A DNA stretch of 64,000 nucleotides, from contig NC_134028.1 of the NCBI RefSeq assembly GCF_964204645.1, positions 8,742,001 to 8,806,000 of the forward strand. The letters run 5' to 3'. This document shows positions 40,401 to 54,108 of this stretch, piece after piece. This DNA is from Tubulanus polymorphus (taxonomy: Eukaryota > Animalia > Nemertea). The number at the start of each line of letters is the position of its first letter. Within the stretch, counting starts at the first letter, position 1. The translations under genes and the position numbers were made by a program. The notes under the pieces are model-generated. The model was not told the DNA's origin. It searched no databases and saw only the letters and a list, made by a program, of their open reading frames with translations.

Positions 40401-42764
40401 GCGATGAAATTTCGTGAATTTCAGATAAAAGTATTTTACGCTGAGCTGGTGATTCCCCTGGAAACCAAACAAGAAAACGAGTACCGCAGAATCGCGGTAA
40501 GTAACGTTCTTAAAATATTCGTCGGTTTTTTCCCGTCGCATGAAATCGATCGGGAATTGGTTTCGCGTTGTACTGCGATAGCGTGTGCGATGATACGTCC
40601 CTCGGGAAGCGCTGATTGATCTCATTTCAGCCGCCGATGGCCCCGCTTTTATTTCTGAGATTCTTGAGAATATGAATAAATCGAAAATACATGGGAAGAT
40701 GACCATATGCGGGATTAAAGAAGTCGGGGATTAGCAGCGAAATCGAAGTTTGATTTAGGCTTTTGTAAGAGTCGGTTTGGTTACGATCTACCGAATGAAG
40801 TATATATTTTATGACTGTATTAATTTCCGAAATTGTTTTGTTCGTGCCATTTTAAAGTTTGGAATGCTGTTACATTAAGTAGAACCCCACCCTTCCAAGC
40901 GAGGTAAACGTCCATTGAAATTCGGTTTTCCAGTTATATATACATACGTCGATGTATTCGCTTCACGATGACAACGATCCCGAGCACGAATGTATCTGAT
41001 TGTTTACGTGAGATTCTTTGTTTTATGGAAATCAACCAAATATTCTAGTTTTCACGTGTTATGACAACAGCCTTTCTGTTATCGGAGGACTGTGTCGCTA
41101 TAGAGATATTACACAGCGAGTCCCATTAATATCGGATGAACTAAACGGTCAATATATTCAGACACCACGCCCTTATCTATAGTCCAACGAATATAGCTCT
41201 CATGATTACCAATCATAACCCTTTAGTAACTATCCGTGGACGTTGCAACATATTTGGGATAATCGGCAACTGGCCTTGGTGCTAGTATTGCGTTATCCAG
41301 GGAAGTGTAATGAGATATACTTCCCTACATTATCTAACTGTGTTCTCTACAGAAAATCTCAATAACTGTGAAAAACAAACTAATGGGATTATATATACAC
41401 ACGATGGCGTAATGGCATCGACAATATTGTCATCGACCTATATTTATATTCATAGACACCTTATCTTTGTATTCTTGATTTTCTCAAATGAAATAAATGG
41501 AAACTCATCTTTTTCACAAATAAATCTGAAATTATTTTGATTCCCGAAATGGTTTTATATGAAACAAAAAAAAATCGTTGCGCATTGGCGAAAAACTACG
41601 GTAGAAGCTCAAGACGTTTAGACTCAAATGCTATGGCAAGTCAATGAAACGTCAATTCAAATATATAGACAGTGACATGTCTATGGAGCCAATATTGGAC
41701 ATAGGTAATTTATGAATTAAAGGACTATGAAGAGAATATTATAATATTGTGTTTATGCCGTGATAATGAATGATCGCTTTACACCAGAAACTGTCATGCC
41801 AGCATCTAAGCTTTGTGATAGGACGTGGTGAACTAATGCTTCGTCATGAATATCGAAGGATTAAGGGTTCATTCGGTCCAGACCCCCGCTTTCCCTGTCG
41901 AAATAGTGATCTTGGCCTTTTTTTCCGTGGCCATTTTTTCCTCGGCCATATTTTCCTAGGCAAATACCTTGGCCATTTTTTCCTGGCCATTTTTCCTTGG
42001 CCATTTTTCCTTGAGGGTTGCATTTCCATTTCTTTATGACCCCCGCCTTCCAATATCCCTAGATACGCTGCTGTTGTGACAGACGCCACGTGTTAATCAC
42101 ACTCAATTTGTAATGACGCAAATACAATTCAGAAACTATAAGATATTCTATTCAATGATTGGTTTCTTGTATTTCGACGAAGATAGACCCATATCATTAA
42201 GTTATTTTGATTCTGAATTTAAAAGTCTTGCGCCACACCCTTGTATGCTTCCTGGAAATGACAGTATTTAAACTATCCCAATTAGAACTGACAACGGATA
42301 ATTCTTTCGTCCATCTCGGAGACTCTATTGAAGGGTGAATTTTATTGTATTTTGGTGGAGATAGGTCCATGTATCGTTCAGAACCAAAGTAAATTTCATG
42401 TCAGAATTCGAGCAATTTCTACTGTCGTTATCAAGTCGTATTCAAGTTGTTACTATTGACCTAAGAAGGTACACGGTAATAATGCCAGAAGTAAAAATGC
42501 CAGGAGGTGTAAAAATGCCCTAATCGATATAGAATGAACATCTTACAGACGATACTATTATCGGATCGCCGAGATCTTAGAACATCTACCGCTTACGGTG
42601 ACGTCGGATGATATCAAACATATTAGATATTTTTATTTTATGGAAAGTGGGCAGCTAAGACATATTCATAATAATTCCTACAACAACTGCTTTCGTTCCC
42701 TATGTGACCATTGATTATTCCTCTTCATACAGTTGACTGTGTAACAGCTTCGATCTACTATACG

Positions 42765-42797
<33 letters not shown>

Positions 42798-45700
42798 ATA
42801 CGCCTGTCTTTCTGTTTTTCTGAGAAGAGCAGTTTTTGAAATGATTGGTAAAATCTGTTGCATTGACACTTCTATTCTCCGGTGGCTGATTGATAGCATC
42901 GATTTATCGATCGCACATTCGTTCGATAGTTGACCTGAAATATGATATATTCTCGAGTAAGAAATATCGACGGATTCTTTTTTTTGAAACGAAATTTACT
43001 TATCGAGTCAGAATATGAAACACTCAACCGAAAAATCGTCTAAGACGAAAAATCGATAAAGACGTAGAACTCTTCAATCAGTGCCAAACAACATAATATT
43101 TTATTTCATTAAGATATTCTATTATTGAACTTTCGTAGCTTTTTCTGTGAGCAGACCCGACACGGCCAAGGATAATGTAATGGTATATGTATAATATATG
43201 GCTTATATGGGAAACTCCAATCATGCAGCATCTTGTGTATCATTTTAAATATTTTTTATCGAAGTATTGATTTGTATTGGTGAGATGATATGATCAGTTA
43301 GTAATTAGCCGGACAACCGTGAGAACACCTGACAATTGATTCTGCAACAATATCATATTATCTCATCGAAGTACTTGCCTGATAGTTGGTAGCACCTGAT
43401 AAGGAGTGGTGGCAATAATGACATTTGTCAGTCACCTGCATATATATATCCTGATCTATTCAATTCACGGATTTTGATTTATGTCAATAACCTAACAATT
43501 AATACCGATATATAGACGCGAGAGTTTTGATTCAAAATCAATTTTGTAAAACCCATGAAGAGCTAATGAGAATATTTTTCGAACCCGCCTAAATTCAACC
43601 TAAGCCAGACCCGAGCCGAGCGTTTTTGAGGGGCAGTTCCATTTCAAGAAAAGGACACATTTTCAATGTGAAAAATGGCACTTTCCTATTGATAAATGAC
43701 AGATCTTGAATATGATTTTTGAGTCTGAATGAATCGTTTGAGAATGGATTACTTATGATCTTCGAAAGATAAAACTAGATAATTGTATCCAAATTTAAAA
43801 AAATCTTGACCCGAATTTTTTCATGCTGAGTTTTTGAAGGGCACTTTAAAGATTTTAGTGGTTTGTTTGCTACTCCCAAACCCCACTTGGCACGGACCTG
43901 GCATTGAAAAAAAGAACAATGGCATAAAAGATTTACATGCTTTGACAAGTTTTTCCATTAGAAGATGCTGTATCATCATTTGACATTTCTCTTCTTCAGC
44001 AAAGTGTCTGGTGGTGTATAACTAACTGCATTCTCGTTGTGACACTCGCTGATGATTTAACCGGTGTATAATTTGATATATCGGCAATATTAGCGCTTAG
44101 TGATTTATCGGGTCCGCAAAATTGGGAACGAATCGGCGATTTATTGAAGTCACACAGTTGAACGGATATTCTGCGCGGAATTCTTTCACATCGCAACAAA
44201 TCGTTGTTTCGTGCCTTTTACGTTTTCGAAATCTCTGGCGTAAATTCTCCTAGTTTTTGATGAAAATAACGATATTTCAAGAATTCGAATTAGATTAGAA
44301 GACGTTTTCCTCTTTCTTTTCTTAGGAGCAGCAGAAGAAATATATGGCCGGCCATAAGTACCACCATCACACGCGAGACAAAGCCCAGCAGACGCTGAAA
44401 AAATACCAGAAGAAAAACAAACACAAAGGTTTAATGGATGCAAAAGAGATTCAAGTGCGTTCTACTGTTAATTTTCTCTTCTTTCGATTAAATAAACAGC
44501 GATATCTAATTTCGTGATTTCCATTCGGCACCTGTAGCAATATCAAGTCTTATGCTATCTTGTGTTAAAAACCTGCATAAATTGATTTCCATTACATGCG
44601 TCATCTGCATAACTATACTTATGACTTGTATGAATGCTGACAAATTTAGTTTTATAATATATGAAATGCTTATTATGAGAACATAGTGATATGAAAATGT
44701 ATCATATACAGTGCTAAAAAGCGCAATAATAATTGAATTGCAAATATTCAATTTCGATTAATTTCAAACTTAAAAAATGATTCGAAAGATTTGTTTTCAA
44801 TGGGATATCCGCACCACTGCTGTGGCAATCGATGATTCCATGTATGGCAGGCGAGGATCCGCCATGTGTCGCTAGTAGATAGTCGGTCTTACGCATTCGA
44901 TTTCTTCAATACAATTAAAACTGAATGAAATTTTCTCTTGAATGAATCAATTATTTAAGAAAACTATTCCGATATCCGAGTAGAAGCATGAATATATTGT
45001 ATATTCGGTTGGTGCTGTGATAATGTATGGATTCAGGAGTCTAGTAATCCGGTTAATAGTTCATTGATAATGGAACTAATTTTGATATTGGAAGACTTAC
45101 TGCTCGTCACGCCATCTGGTGGGATAGCCGGCGTTTCGGGTTCCCCTTTCTGAATTGTCATGACTGCATGCACGTTTTTCGCCGGTTTCATGTTTTCAAT
45201 GCGTCTGATCGCGATCACAAACGCATATATTGAACTGTTCATCTTCGTTTCAGCAACAGCAAATCGTACAGGAAAGACAAGTGAAGTTAGAAGATTTCAG
45301 AGCTGATGGTCTGAAATTGGTTAGTACCGTGAGTGAAACATCTGTGTAAATAATAAGCGTCAGTTGAGATACAGCTGATGATAATTGGCCACTGAGATCT
45401 CATTAGCTAATTACATTACCAATCACTTATGCGTTCATTTAATGATGGGCCCTCGTGGTGGACGCGATTTAACATGATGTTTCGACGAGTTTCATCTTGG
45501 AATGATAATTATTTATTCCACCAGCCAGTCGAGCGGCATCAGCTTTAAAAATATACAATTATATAGGAAGGGTTGAATACATAAAGCCTAGCGCACGCTG
45601 CCAAATATTACGAACAAATTTCAGGTGCCTGACCTAAAAAATGGCTCGGCATGACTGCTTAGAGGTTTTCTTATCATTACAAATTAATTTCAATGGTATT

Positions 45701-48700
45701 TCGGAAATATTTTAGCCTAATAACATGGTAGAGATTTGTTATGTGGTTTGAACTCTGGTTGACCTCTTTGGGACGGTCCCTGATATGACCACAGGGTCTG
45801 AATTTCGAAAAAATTGATTGTTGTATAATTCTTTCGAATACCTCTCAGAGATACAGTTTTACTGGTTTCCCATTATAACGTGTGTTGTGAATTATTCAAA
45901 TAGGAAACCATCAAAATTACCGAAACAGATCATATTAAATTTGACAGGGAATACAAAATGGCAGGGAAAGAGTTAACGGCAACATGGTAAAAATTTGCTT
46001 TATTTTCTATAAAGGCGTTACTGGAAGAAAGGAAGCGTTATTGTTATCTATTGGAGAGAATTTGTTGCGTGACGAGGAGTTGTCAAAATCAACACGAACG
46101 GGTAAGTGGAGCGGGCCGAAAACATATGAAAAAATAATAAAGAAAAGAAAGCTTTTGTTGGAAGACGTTAAAATGTGTGATTTTATTCTACTGGTTCCAG
46201 GCTGCTGAAATATTATCCGAGAAAATTCATTCGTGGAATATGATGTCAAAGAATGCTCACATTCTACCAGATACTTCATTGGGTTTACTGGTACGCTTAT
46301 TAATTCGGCTTAAATCGTACATGAAGGCCTAGAATGCGCAACAGCTTCAGCCTTGATTACAATCTAGAAACAAAAGAGAGATCGTTGATGCTGAAAAACG
46401 CCGCAAGGAAGACCTGGAGCCGGTTAAAACGTTTGTTGAGGGGGTTATTTAAGAGCTTATCGTGTTGTTATTAATGACCAAATGGTGCAAGAACATTTTT
46501 GGTGAAAATTATGATAATGTGGCTGTTAATCAGGGAAGGACGTGGCCTCATATAGCTGTCAGATAGCTTTGAAAGAATTTGGGAGAGGGGCGATTGAATT
46601 CATCTCTGCGTTAATTGAAGATGATTTACATAAAAAGACCAACGGCATGTTGTAAAGAGAAATTTGTATTTTGTCCCTTAACATTCTACAACATGAGCAT
46701 TTTCATTTGAATCATTTGAACTGATGATTTCTGATGCCATTTCGGAATGAAACCAGGTACCTCTATACGCTTCGTTAACTCTTAGACAGCTGGTCCTTCG
46801 TTGTTATACGTTACTTTCGCCATCTCCCGCGTGATCTTTAGCCAGATGACCTGCGTTATCTCCTGTAGATGGTTATCAGCAAAATGATTTTCAATTTCGT
46901 TTTTTATCTCACAGACCTGGGCAAATGTTGATGACGACAACAACGGCAAAGATAGAATGACACCAGAGGGCAGTTTATATAACCATAGATCTCACGAGTA
47001 TCAAAGTTACGCGGCTACTAGTCTCGTCTCAGGTAAACTCCCAAACAAATTCCTCAGAACTTAATTCCAGCATATTGCTTTCCAATTGATATGGTCTAGA
47101 AATGCCAGGGAAGCCCGTGCCATACATACCACTTACGTAGGATGATTGCCGACTTTGATATATATATCCGCAGGCGCAAGTCGCGGTGTATAATTGTTAG
47201 CTTTTACTTGAGAATCAGTTTAAGTTTGAACTGAATGTGACTTATTCTCGTAATTCAAATTCTATGAAGACTAAATGACCATGTTCTTTATGTGTAGCGA
47301 GGTCTCATAGTGAATCTTCTAAAGGTAAGGTCAAATTGTCGAGATTTATAACCGACACGATATAGTACGAGTGATTTGCATGTAGAAAATGATATTCACA
47401 TTATCCATTTTCCGATAGATTCATATACAGTTACATATTCATATTCAGTTTTCCATTTCACTGTGTGAATGTAATGTTTGCTTTGAATTTTCTATATTAT
47501 GAGTGACCTAGAAAACGTAAAGTGAGAAAATGATCGTTTTTACCATACCTCCAGGAGTGGAGCTAGGGGGAAAAGAGCTGCACTATTTTCTTTTAAAGTT
47601 CCCATTGAAAGTGGTACTGGTTTTTAAGCTGTGATTTATTTCACAAAAGAAAGAAAATGTTGATATATAGAGAATAACACGCTATAATATAACGAAAGAT
47701 TTTGTCCGAAAAGTATCATTTAAGTTAATTAATGTTTTGATTCGACATTTCGGATATAGTCAAAATGTCGAATCAATAGATTATTAGCTTAAGGAAATTT
47801 TTGGGACTTTATATTTCGTTATATTATGTGGGATTCTCTATATATCGTTACAACACGAGCATAGTGTTTCATCAATGGTTTTAAAGCTGACAAGGCTAGG
47901 AATGAGGGACATTATATCTGATGAAGGCACGGCCTTGGCAATTTGCGAGTTACATTCGGTTCCCCCTAAAATCTACCCTTGAAATGCATGAGCCGTTGTG
48001 AGCCGCTTCAAATTAACAACTCTTCATTTACTAGATGATTATTACGAGGAGGATGACGATGATTTTGATTATGATGACGATGAATTTGATACTGTCTCTG
48101 ACCCAGGTAGCCTTTAAGTTGAGAACTCTCTGAGTGTTTGGTTATGGTTCCCGAAACCTTTCCCATCCTCTGTAGTAACCTGGTGAAGCGGTATCTGTGA
48201 TCCCTTTACAACGGATTCGAACCTGAGGACATCGCGAAATAAATCGTGGCATCAGGCTCGATGGATTTCCCTATAAAGAACCTAATGACGACTCAAACCT
48301 GAACATATGTTAGGCTATGGTCTAACGTTGTTCGGTTTCGAGTTTGGAATTCTTGAGTTGTTAAATGATTTTTGCGAGCCCATACACATTAGATATGAGA
48401 CAAATCGTCTCTTATTCATACCAGCGGATAGTGGGTGACGGTTTTGTATTTGTGTGGTTAATTTCTTCAGGTGATTCTGTTGACGGTATGTTTTTTGAAT
48501 GAAGGTAGAATCATTTTACTCATCGGTGCAGGCTTTCGTGTCATCATTTAGAGCGTCTTTTAACATATTAATGGTACTAATATGTATAATAAATTTTTGA
48601 GTTAACTTATTAATTTCTAACTACGAAATGTCTATACATAATCTTTACTAAATTGATGAGTAAATGTAATAATACCACTAATTATAATTGAATTATTATT

Positions 48701-51700
48701 ACTAATTCTTATTGAATGATTTTGATTATCGCTGAATTTCAACATTTCAACATTTCTTCTTATTCTTTGCCTATATTTTCTATATCTATTATAAATGTTT
48801 GGTTTTGGGAAATTTTACATTCTGAAAGCGGAACATTTATTATTTCTCTCTTATTGTGAGAAGTGACAAAAAAGAGAAACTTCCCCTGAAAATCTAAGTA
48901 TTTTGTATATATACATTGTCCATTAAAAATCGAGGAATAAATCATTGATTCACGAACTGAATTTTAGCGGTTGAATTTGATTCAAAACCAGGCGGCTATG
49001 AACGGTAATTCTTTAAAGCCGTCAAATTCTCAGAAGGTAAAAAAAGACGGTGGATCTGAACGTACTGATAGGTAGCAGTTGAAGAATGAACTTTGCTAAG
49101 GGGGTTATCTGTCTTTTTAAACCTTTCGATGTTTACTAGATACTACGCGTTTCATCTTTTTTTTCTTTACGAATAACGTTTAGGTAACGCCACGTTGCCT
49201 CGGTCTATCACTGTCCCGTCGCCTTTCGCTTCTAAAGGCCGACCTCAGGCCAGAGCGCTGTATACCCACGTAGCCAACGGGGATCATCAGTTGAGTTTTT
49301 CCGAAGGTGATATAATAACGATGATCGGTGAACGAAAGGATGGTTGGCAGTACGGCGAGAACACGCGCAGTAATCGAATGGGCTGGTTCCCAATATCGTT
49401 CACGGAAACTATCGACCCCAATCAGTCAACCTTGCTTCACCACCACGATCAACACAACGGAACCATTCAGCAAAAGTAAGAACGCCATTTATACACTTTT
49501 TGTTTATGGTTGTAATATATTGCAGATTTATGTACATCAAGGGCGGAGACGGAATTTTTGGAAGGTGGGGACCAGGGTAATCGCGAAAAGGGCTCAAAAG
49601 TATTCACGAAATGCATCCCAACGCAGCGAGTGCCGAAGGCGTGAAGCCATCAAAGGGGGTTCTTGGGGGCCACCCCAAAATATTTTGAATGTTTGGTCTT
49701 CCCCAAGGCTAATTGATGGCTGTCATGAGGGAATAGTTCGTATTTCTTTATAAAATGAAAAAAAGATATTTCCTAAAAATGTTGAGGTCACCTCAAAAGA
49801 TTTAGAGGGGACTAGTCCCCCTGGTACCCCCTGGATCCACCCTTGTACATAATATATCATAATTTTTTTTTGAAATTAGTATGTGAGGTATCGAGTGAAT
49901 ATGAAAATAAGAGCAGTTTGTTCATTCATTTCACCGAAACCTTTACAAAAAAATGAAAAATTCCCCGAGTGATAATAGCAGACTCACAGTTACATCGCCC
50001 TCGATAGTCGATAAAAGTCAAATAAATGTCCAATCATCTCGAGGTAGACGTACATTCCGAATTGCTTTACCGGGGCAATTTATCGGAATTATGGTTGTTA
50101 TATGCAGTTTTATTTTTAATTCCAGTGGTTACAACCACCAGCGAGTAAAGAGTATGGGCGATTTAGTAGATATGCAACAGGCTATTGAACCGTCATACCG
50201 GGAACACGTGATAAACAACAGATATCATCATACACAAGACGCTGTGATACAGTACGCATCTCCCGTAAGTATCTTCAACAAAAAAATGTTATTGTATTTT
50301 TTTATTTAAATCAATTTGTATCATACATCGCTGTCCTCCTGTGGCCAAACGCTCATATAGTTGGTTATTAAGTCAACCGTTGAATAAATACCGTGCTATC
50401 AACGTTGTTTTGATTGTCACACTTTTTCAATTATATCCACTTGAGTAAATGAACTCTCAAGCGATCTTTGAGCGACTAGAAAACGAGCCAGTTACATAGT
50501 TGTTAGCAAATATGTTTCTAAATTCTCACCCGCAACAACTGGTACAGGCCATCCCTGTCTCTGGAAGCTTTTCTCTCGTTCATCAGTTGTATGTATATTT
50601 GACACCATACTGACATTGTGTATCTTTTATTATGAATTTTTATTTATAAACAGTCTCATAATTCAAATATTGAGAAATCTCGTAGTCTTCCCCCAGAAAA
50701 GGTAATAGTTCTCTCAACATTTATTATTAGTAATTAATGTGCCAAGGCATGGTAGCTTTCGTTCCTCATATTTTAGAAGACTCCGCTGTTCGGAATATAC
50801 CCGTACTCTATGGGTTTAGGGTTTAGTTCATTTTCTCTATTTCTCTATTTCTGCTTGTGGAAACGAAGTAACAGCATGCTATTTTCATGAGAATAGGGTT
50901 ATAATTCTTATCGTTTATTTCACTATCTTTCATAACGCAACGATGCCTTTTTATAGACCTCGCATCGACTTATTAACCAGGAAAATGTTTTACGCACGTT
51001 TAGAATCATTGTATGTTCATGGAACGAAGATGCTTTCGTTTCCATAGACAAGTGACTGGCTACATTTAGAAAAAAAATCCAAAATTAGGAAGAAAATCTA
51101 AGAGAGCATTGACGTTTGAAATCAGTTTTGAAAATTCATTTCTTTAACCAACCTTTAACTGGGGAGGCAAGCCGAAAAGCACCAGATGTTCTACGGTAGA
51201 ACCCTTTGCTCTAAGAGTGTCGTTTTTATTCGTAATTGTGTGTTTTATATTTAATGACGATACCTGTTAAAAAAAACGTTTTTGATGGATTCTCGAACGA
51301 TTCGTATTAAGTTGTTCATATTTCTTTTAAAAAAGAACATCACACTCAGACATGGTGGAACATATAATTAGATAAAATCCACTATGTACCTCCCCTGTAA
51401 TATACACCTCGCTTTTAGTCATGATCTCACACCTGACGATGATCTCTAGGGTGTCTTTTGATTTTATGATAGAATAAATTCTAGTAGGTATTTTTCTTAT
51501 TAAGAATATCGCAGTCATATCTTTTCATATAATGTAGTTTTCAAATCTACTATGGAGCTTTGGTGATTTGTCTTTCTGGTGAAGGCTTTCTGTTTTCTTT
51601 TTTCTTGTATATATAGCAACACCGTCCCGCGTCGAGCTTAAAAAACTCGTGGATACACGATTACCCTCCTAACCCGTATAGTATGCAGACACACCGGCCT

Positions 51701-54108
51701 TTCACGATTTATGAAGAAAATCAGCATTTCATACCCGTAAGAGACGACCAGGTAATCTATTCAACGCGCAACAGCTATATTACCTGGGTGCCGTACATTC
51801 CATGGTAACCTCTGATCCTGCCGGGCGAAGAACTGTTAATCCTAAGGCAGTTAGTTTTTCGATTGAATGCATTCTGATTGACGAAAGCAAATTCAGAATC
51901 GAGTGAATTGTGAATTATGTTTTCTAGCGAATATGTGAATTGTGTTTTCTAAAATATAGTGTATTTTCTGAATTATGTTTTCTGCATATCATAACGTATT
52001 CCGATCGAAGCGCCCTGAATTTGTTCTATGAAAATAACTGCTATAGTTTGTCGTAACAGCTTGAATATCATCGCAAATGAATTCGATTTTCTTTGTCATA
52101 TTATACATGATTGTTTTGAATTCATTCCCGTTTTTGCTATACGGTTTCTAATTCGTTTTATTTACAGTTTCGCGGCCAGAAGTCACTGCCCGATCTACGC
52201 ACCAATGAACGGTCGCAGGTGCCGCCGCCGCCTCCCGTTTTACCTCCGCCACCTGTGAACCAGAATTCTCCATTCAGACCGATAAACCAACCCCCTAGCA
52301 ACGCTCATATACCCCCTCCGCCGCCGTTACCAGGCAACAACGTCGGTAACAATAACTTGAACGTGCCCGGCAACCGCAACAGTTTCGCTTCGAGTCTCGG
52401 CAATCCGAACCACGATTCCATGCGTAGTTACCGCAGCGATGCTACGGGTAATTTCACGATGAGAGCGGGAGGTTATGTAGGCGATGGCGCGCCTCATCCG
52501 CCACCAGCGCCGCCACCGATCTACAATCAAAGATCACCGTCTCATCAACATCCAGGTGGCGCCACAAGTCCAGTACATTCGGAATCGGACTCCAGTGAAA
52601 AGTAAGCAAATCAACTATATATTTACTGCATCCTCGCTTGCCAGGAGCCAGTTGCTCAAAAGTTCGAGTTAACCACTGCATAGTTGACATAGTTGAATTG
52701 AATTGAATTTTCATTTTGCAAAATAAATTGTTACATAATTACAGGATAGTAGGATGAAATTACAATATGCACATACCATATACACACATAAATATATACA
52801 TATCATACAACATATAATAGATGTAACAATATAGATTACGGAGTAAGGAGAAGCTAAAAGCTTATACGGGTCCTTATCCCTCTAAATACGAACACGCCGC
52901 ACACACACACACCACATACTCACAAACATACACCATGCTGACGTTACAAAGCAAGAAAAGGGGAAAGGAATGAACAAAAGGAAAAAGGCGTGCACGCAGA
53001 TCTAATAATTTGAAAGAATGCGAGTTTTGATACCTTCTGAGAATGATTTAGCAGTTCTTAAAGATTTGATTTTATTCGGCAATCCGTTCCAAAGTTTCGC
53101 CCCTTGAAGTTTTAGTGACAATTAAAAGTTCATTGTTACTATGGCGGTAGTTATCCACCGGTTATCTTTAAGCATCTTTTGAGCAACTGGCCCCAGTTTC
53201 ACAAAAGAAGTTTATCTCAAATTTTTGGTGTAATCGCTATTGGTTACTTCATTTTTCAATGAGGACAGCAATTCAACTCAACCGCTTTTTGGCTTACACA
53301 TTTTCGTGAAACTGGGCCCTTGGTTTGATTACTTCCCGCTGAAACTCATGCCGCCAACACAAACCCTCGGTGGGCAACAGTCAGACCCTGGCAAGCGAGG
53401 ATGCGTTCAAAACAGGTCATTGGTGTATTCGTTTTGTTTGAAAATCTTTTCTCCGTTGGATAGGAAAACAATGTCAAAGCCACATAGCTGCCCGGAAAAA
53501 CTATACGAAGATGTGTTAGTTCGAATTCCGCCAAACGAACTGAACCAGTACGTCCAGAAACGGTCTCCTAGCAATACGCCTAGACCGCCGTCTTATTCGA
53601 GATCATTTTCTGATTCTAAGCACACAGTTATTTATTAAATAGATAGATGATCTAGGATTAATATGTAATGTGGGTGGAATTAAAAACCACGCGACGGCAT
53701 TTACACGATACGATGATCTCATGACGTTTATATCGAAACCGGGAAAGTCAACGACGTTCAATTTCAAATTTGTCGTGACTTAAATCGTTGTTTTTTCAGA
53801 ACTTTTATTTCATGTAGATTGTATGTTTGTTTTCTTTCATCATACGCTTCTTCCCAGTCAGTGAAGCATGTCTTTTTTTCGTTGCAGGTTTATTTACATT
53901 GACGTGCGCGCATGATGTTTTTTGATTTACAGATTCCTTATCTATCTGATTTGTTTATTATTTCTTTTTTTGTTGAAAAAAGCGTCTTCGTAATTTGTTG
54001 ATTTTCGTTTTCGATTTCGTTGCTTTTTTCAGAAATAACCCGTTCGCTAACGTACGCTTACGTAAAACTACTAACGTCAAAGATCGCTCGGCTCCGCTAA
54101 TAAGGTAA
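31486..54108 (+). CDS. BAIAP2: IRSp53/BAIAP2-family protein (I-BAR/IMD, SH3, Pro-rich region, WH2-like C-terminus)
   Basis: Exons 31486-31533, 32098-32173, 32733-32822, 38962-39023, 40425-40496, 44326-44454, 45254-45319, 46015-46101, 46201-46290, 46915-47032, [47298-47324, 48035-48106, 48471-48485], 49184-49475, 50126-50264, 50654-50701, 51617-51751, 52168-52601, 54033-54108. Motifs IHKLTENVYK, FNPCLKQFIATGK, ALLEERKRYCYL, SH3 LSFSEGDII...DGWQYGE...GWFPISFT, and terminal NPFANVRLRKTTNVKDRSAPLIR*. Linker exons are less certain. Confidence 0.93.
35005..35345. mobile_element. Dispersed non-autonomous element
   Basis: Aligns by eye with 43605-43900 (ccgagc...aagaaaaggac...gaatggattactt...aaaatcttgacc...gaagggca...). 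Confidence 0.6.
37075..37198. mobile_element. PIF/Harbinger-type MITE, family B, nested in a second inverted-repeat element (~36917-37230)
   Basis: Perfect TIRs ggcccagtttcacgaaaa / ttttcgtgaaactgggcc with CAG TSD. Copy at ~53189-53319, partial copy at ~9788. Outer TIRs cgataccttgttt / aaacaaggtatcg also occur at ~58385-58585 and ~59280. Confidence 0.8.
41910..42015. repeat. Short tandem repeat, ~14-16-bp unit GGCCATTTTTTCCT
   Basis: Six to seven imperfect copies; they generate the spurious RKKWP ORF on the minus strand. Confidence 0.8.
42768..42797. repeat. (TA)n microsatellite
   Basis: Direct reading. Confidence 0.9.
47662..47846. mobile_element. ~185-bp near-palindromic foldback element, inside a larger MITE-like element (~47552-47981)
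   Basis: Outer arms gatatatagagaat / attctctatatatc; inner arms aatataacgaaa / tttcgttatatt and tgattcgacattt / aaatgtcgaatca. Confidence 0.75.
49538..49845. mobile_element. MITE with GGGCGG.../...GGATCCACCC termini
   Basis: caagggcggagacgg ... cctggatccacccttg; a similar element lies at ~24638-24812. Confidence 0.55.
52694..53118 (-). mobile_element. 5'-truncated LINE (CR1/L2/Crack-like) inserted into a MITE (~52645-53194)
   Basis: Minus strand encodes SLKLQGAKLWNGLPNKIKSLRTAKSFSEGIKTRILSNY* and ends in an (ATTCA)n tail. Host TIRs are gccagttgctcaaaag / cttttgagcaactggc. Confidence 0.75.

Noticed and set aside
41770-42089. ORFs with RKKWP repeats, and a possible CRISPR-like array
   Set aside because: A short tandem repeat without unique spacers, no cas genes, and a eukaryotic intron context.
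47915-47945. CTGATGA hammerhead-ribozyme-like cores (also at ~34684, 37364, 61555)
   Set aside because: No matching GAAA and stem architecture could be built by eye.
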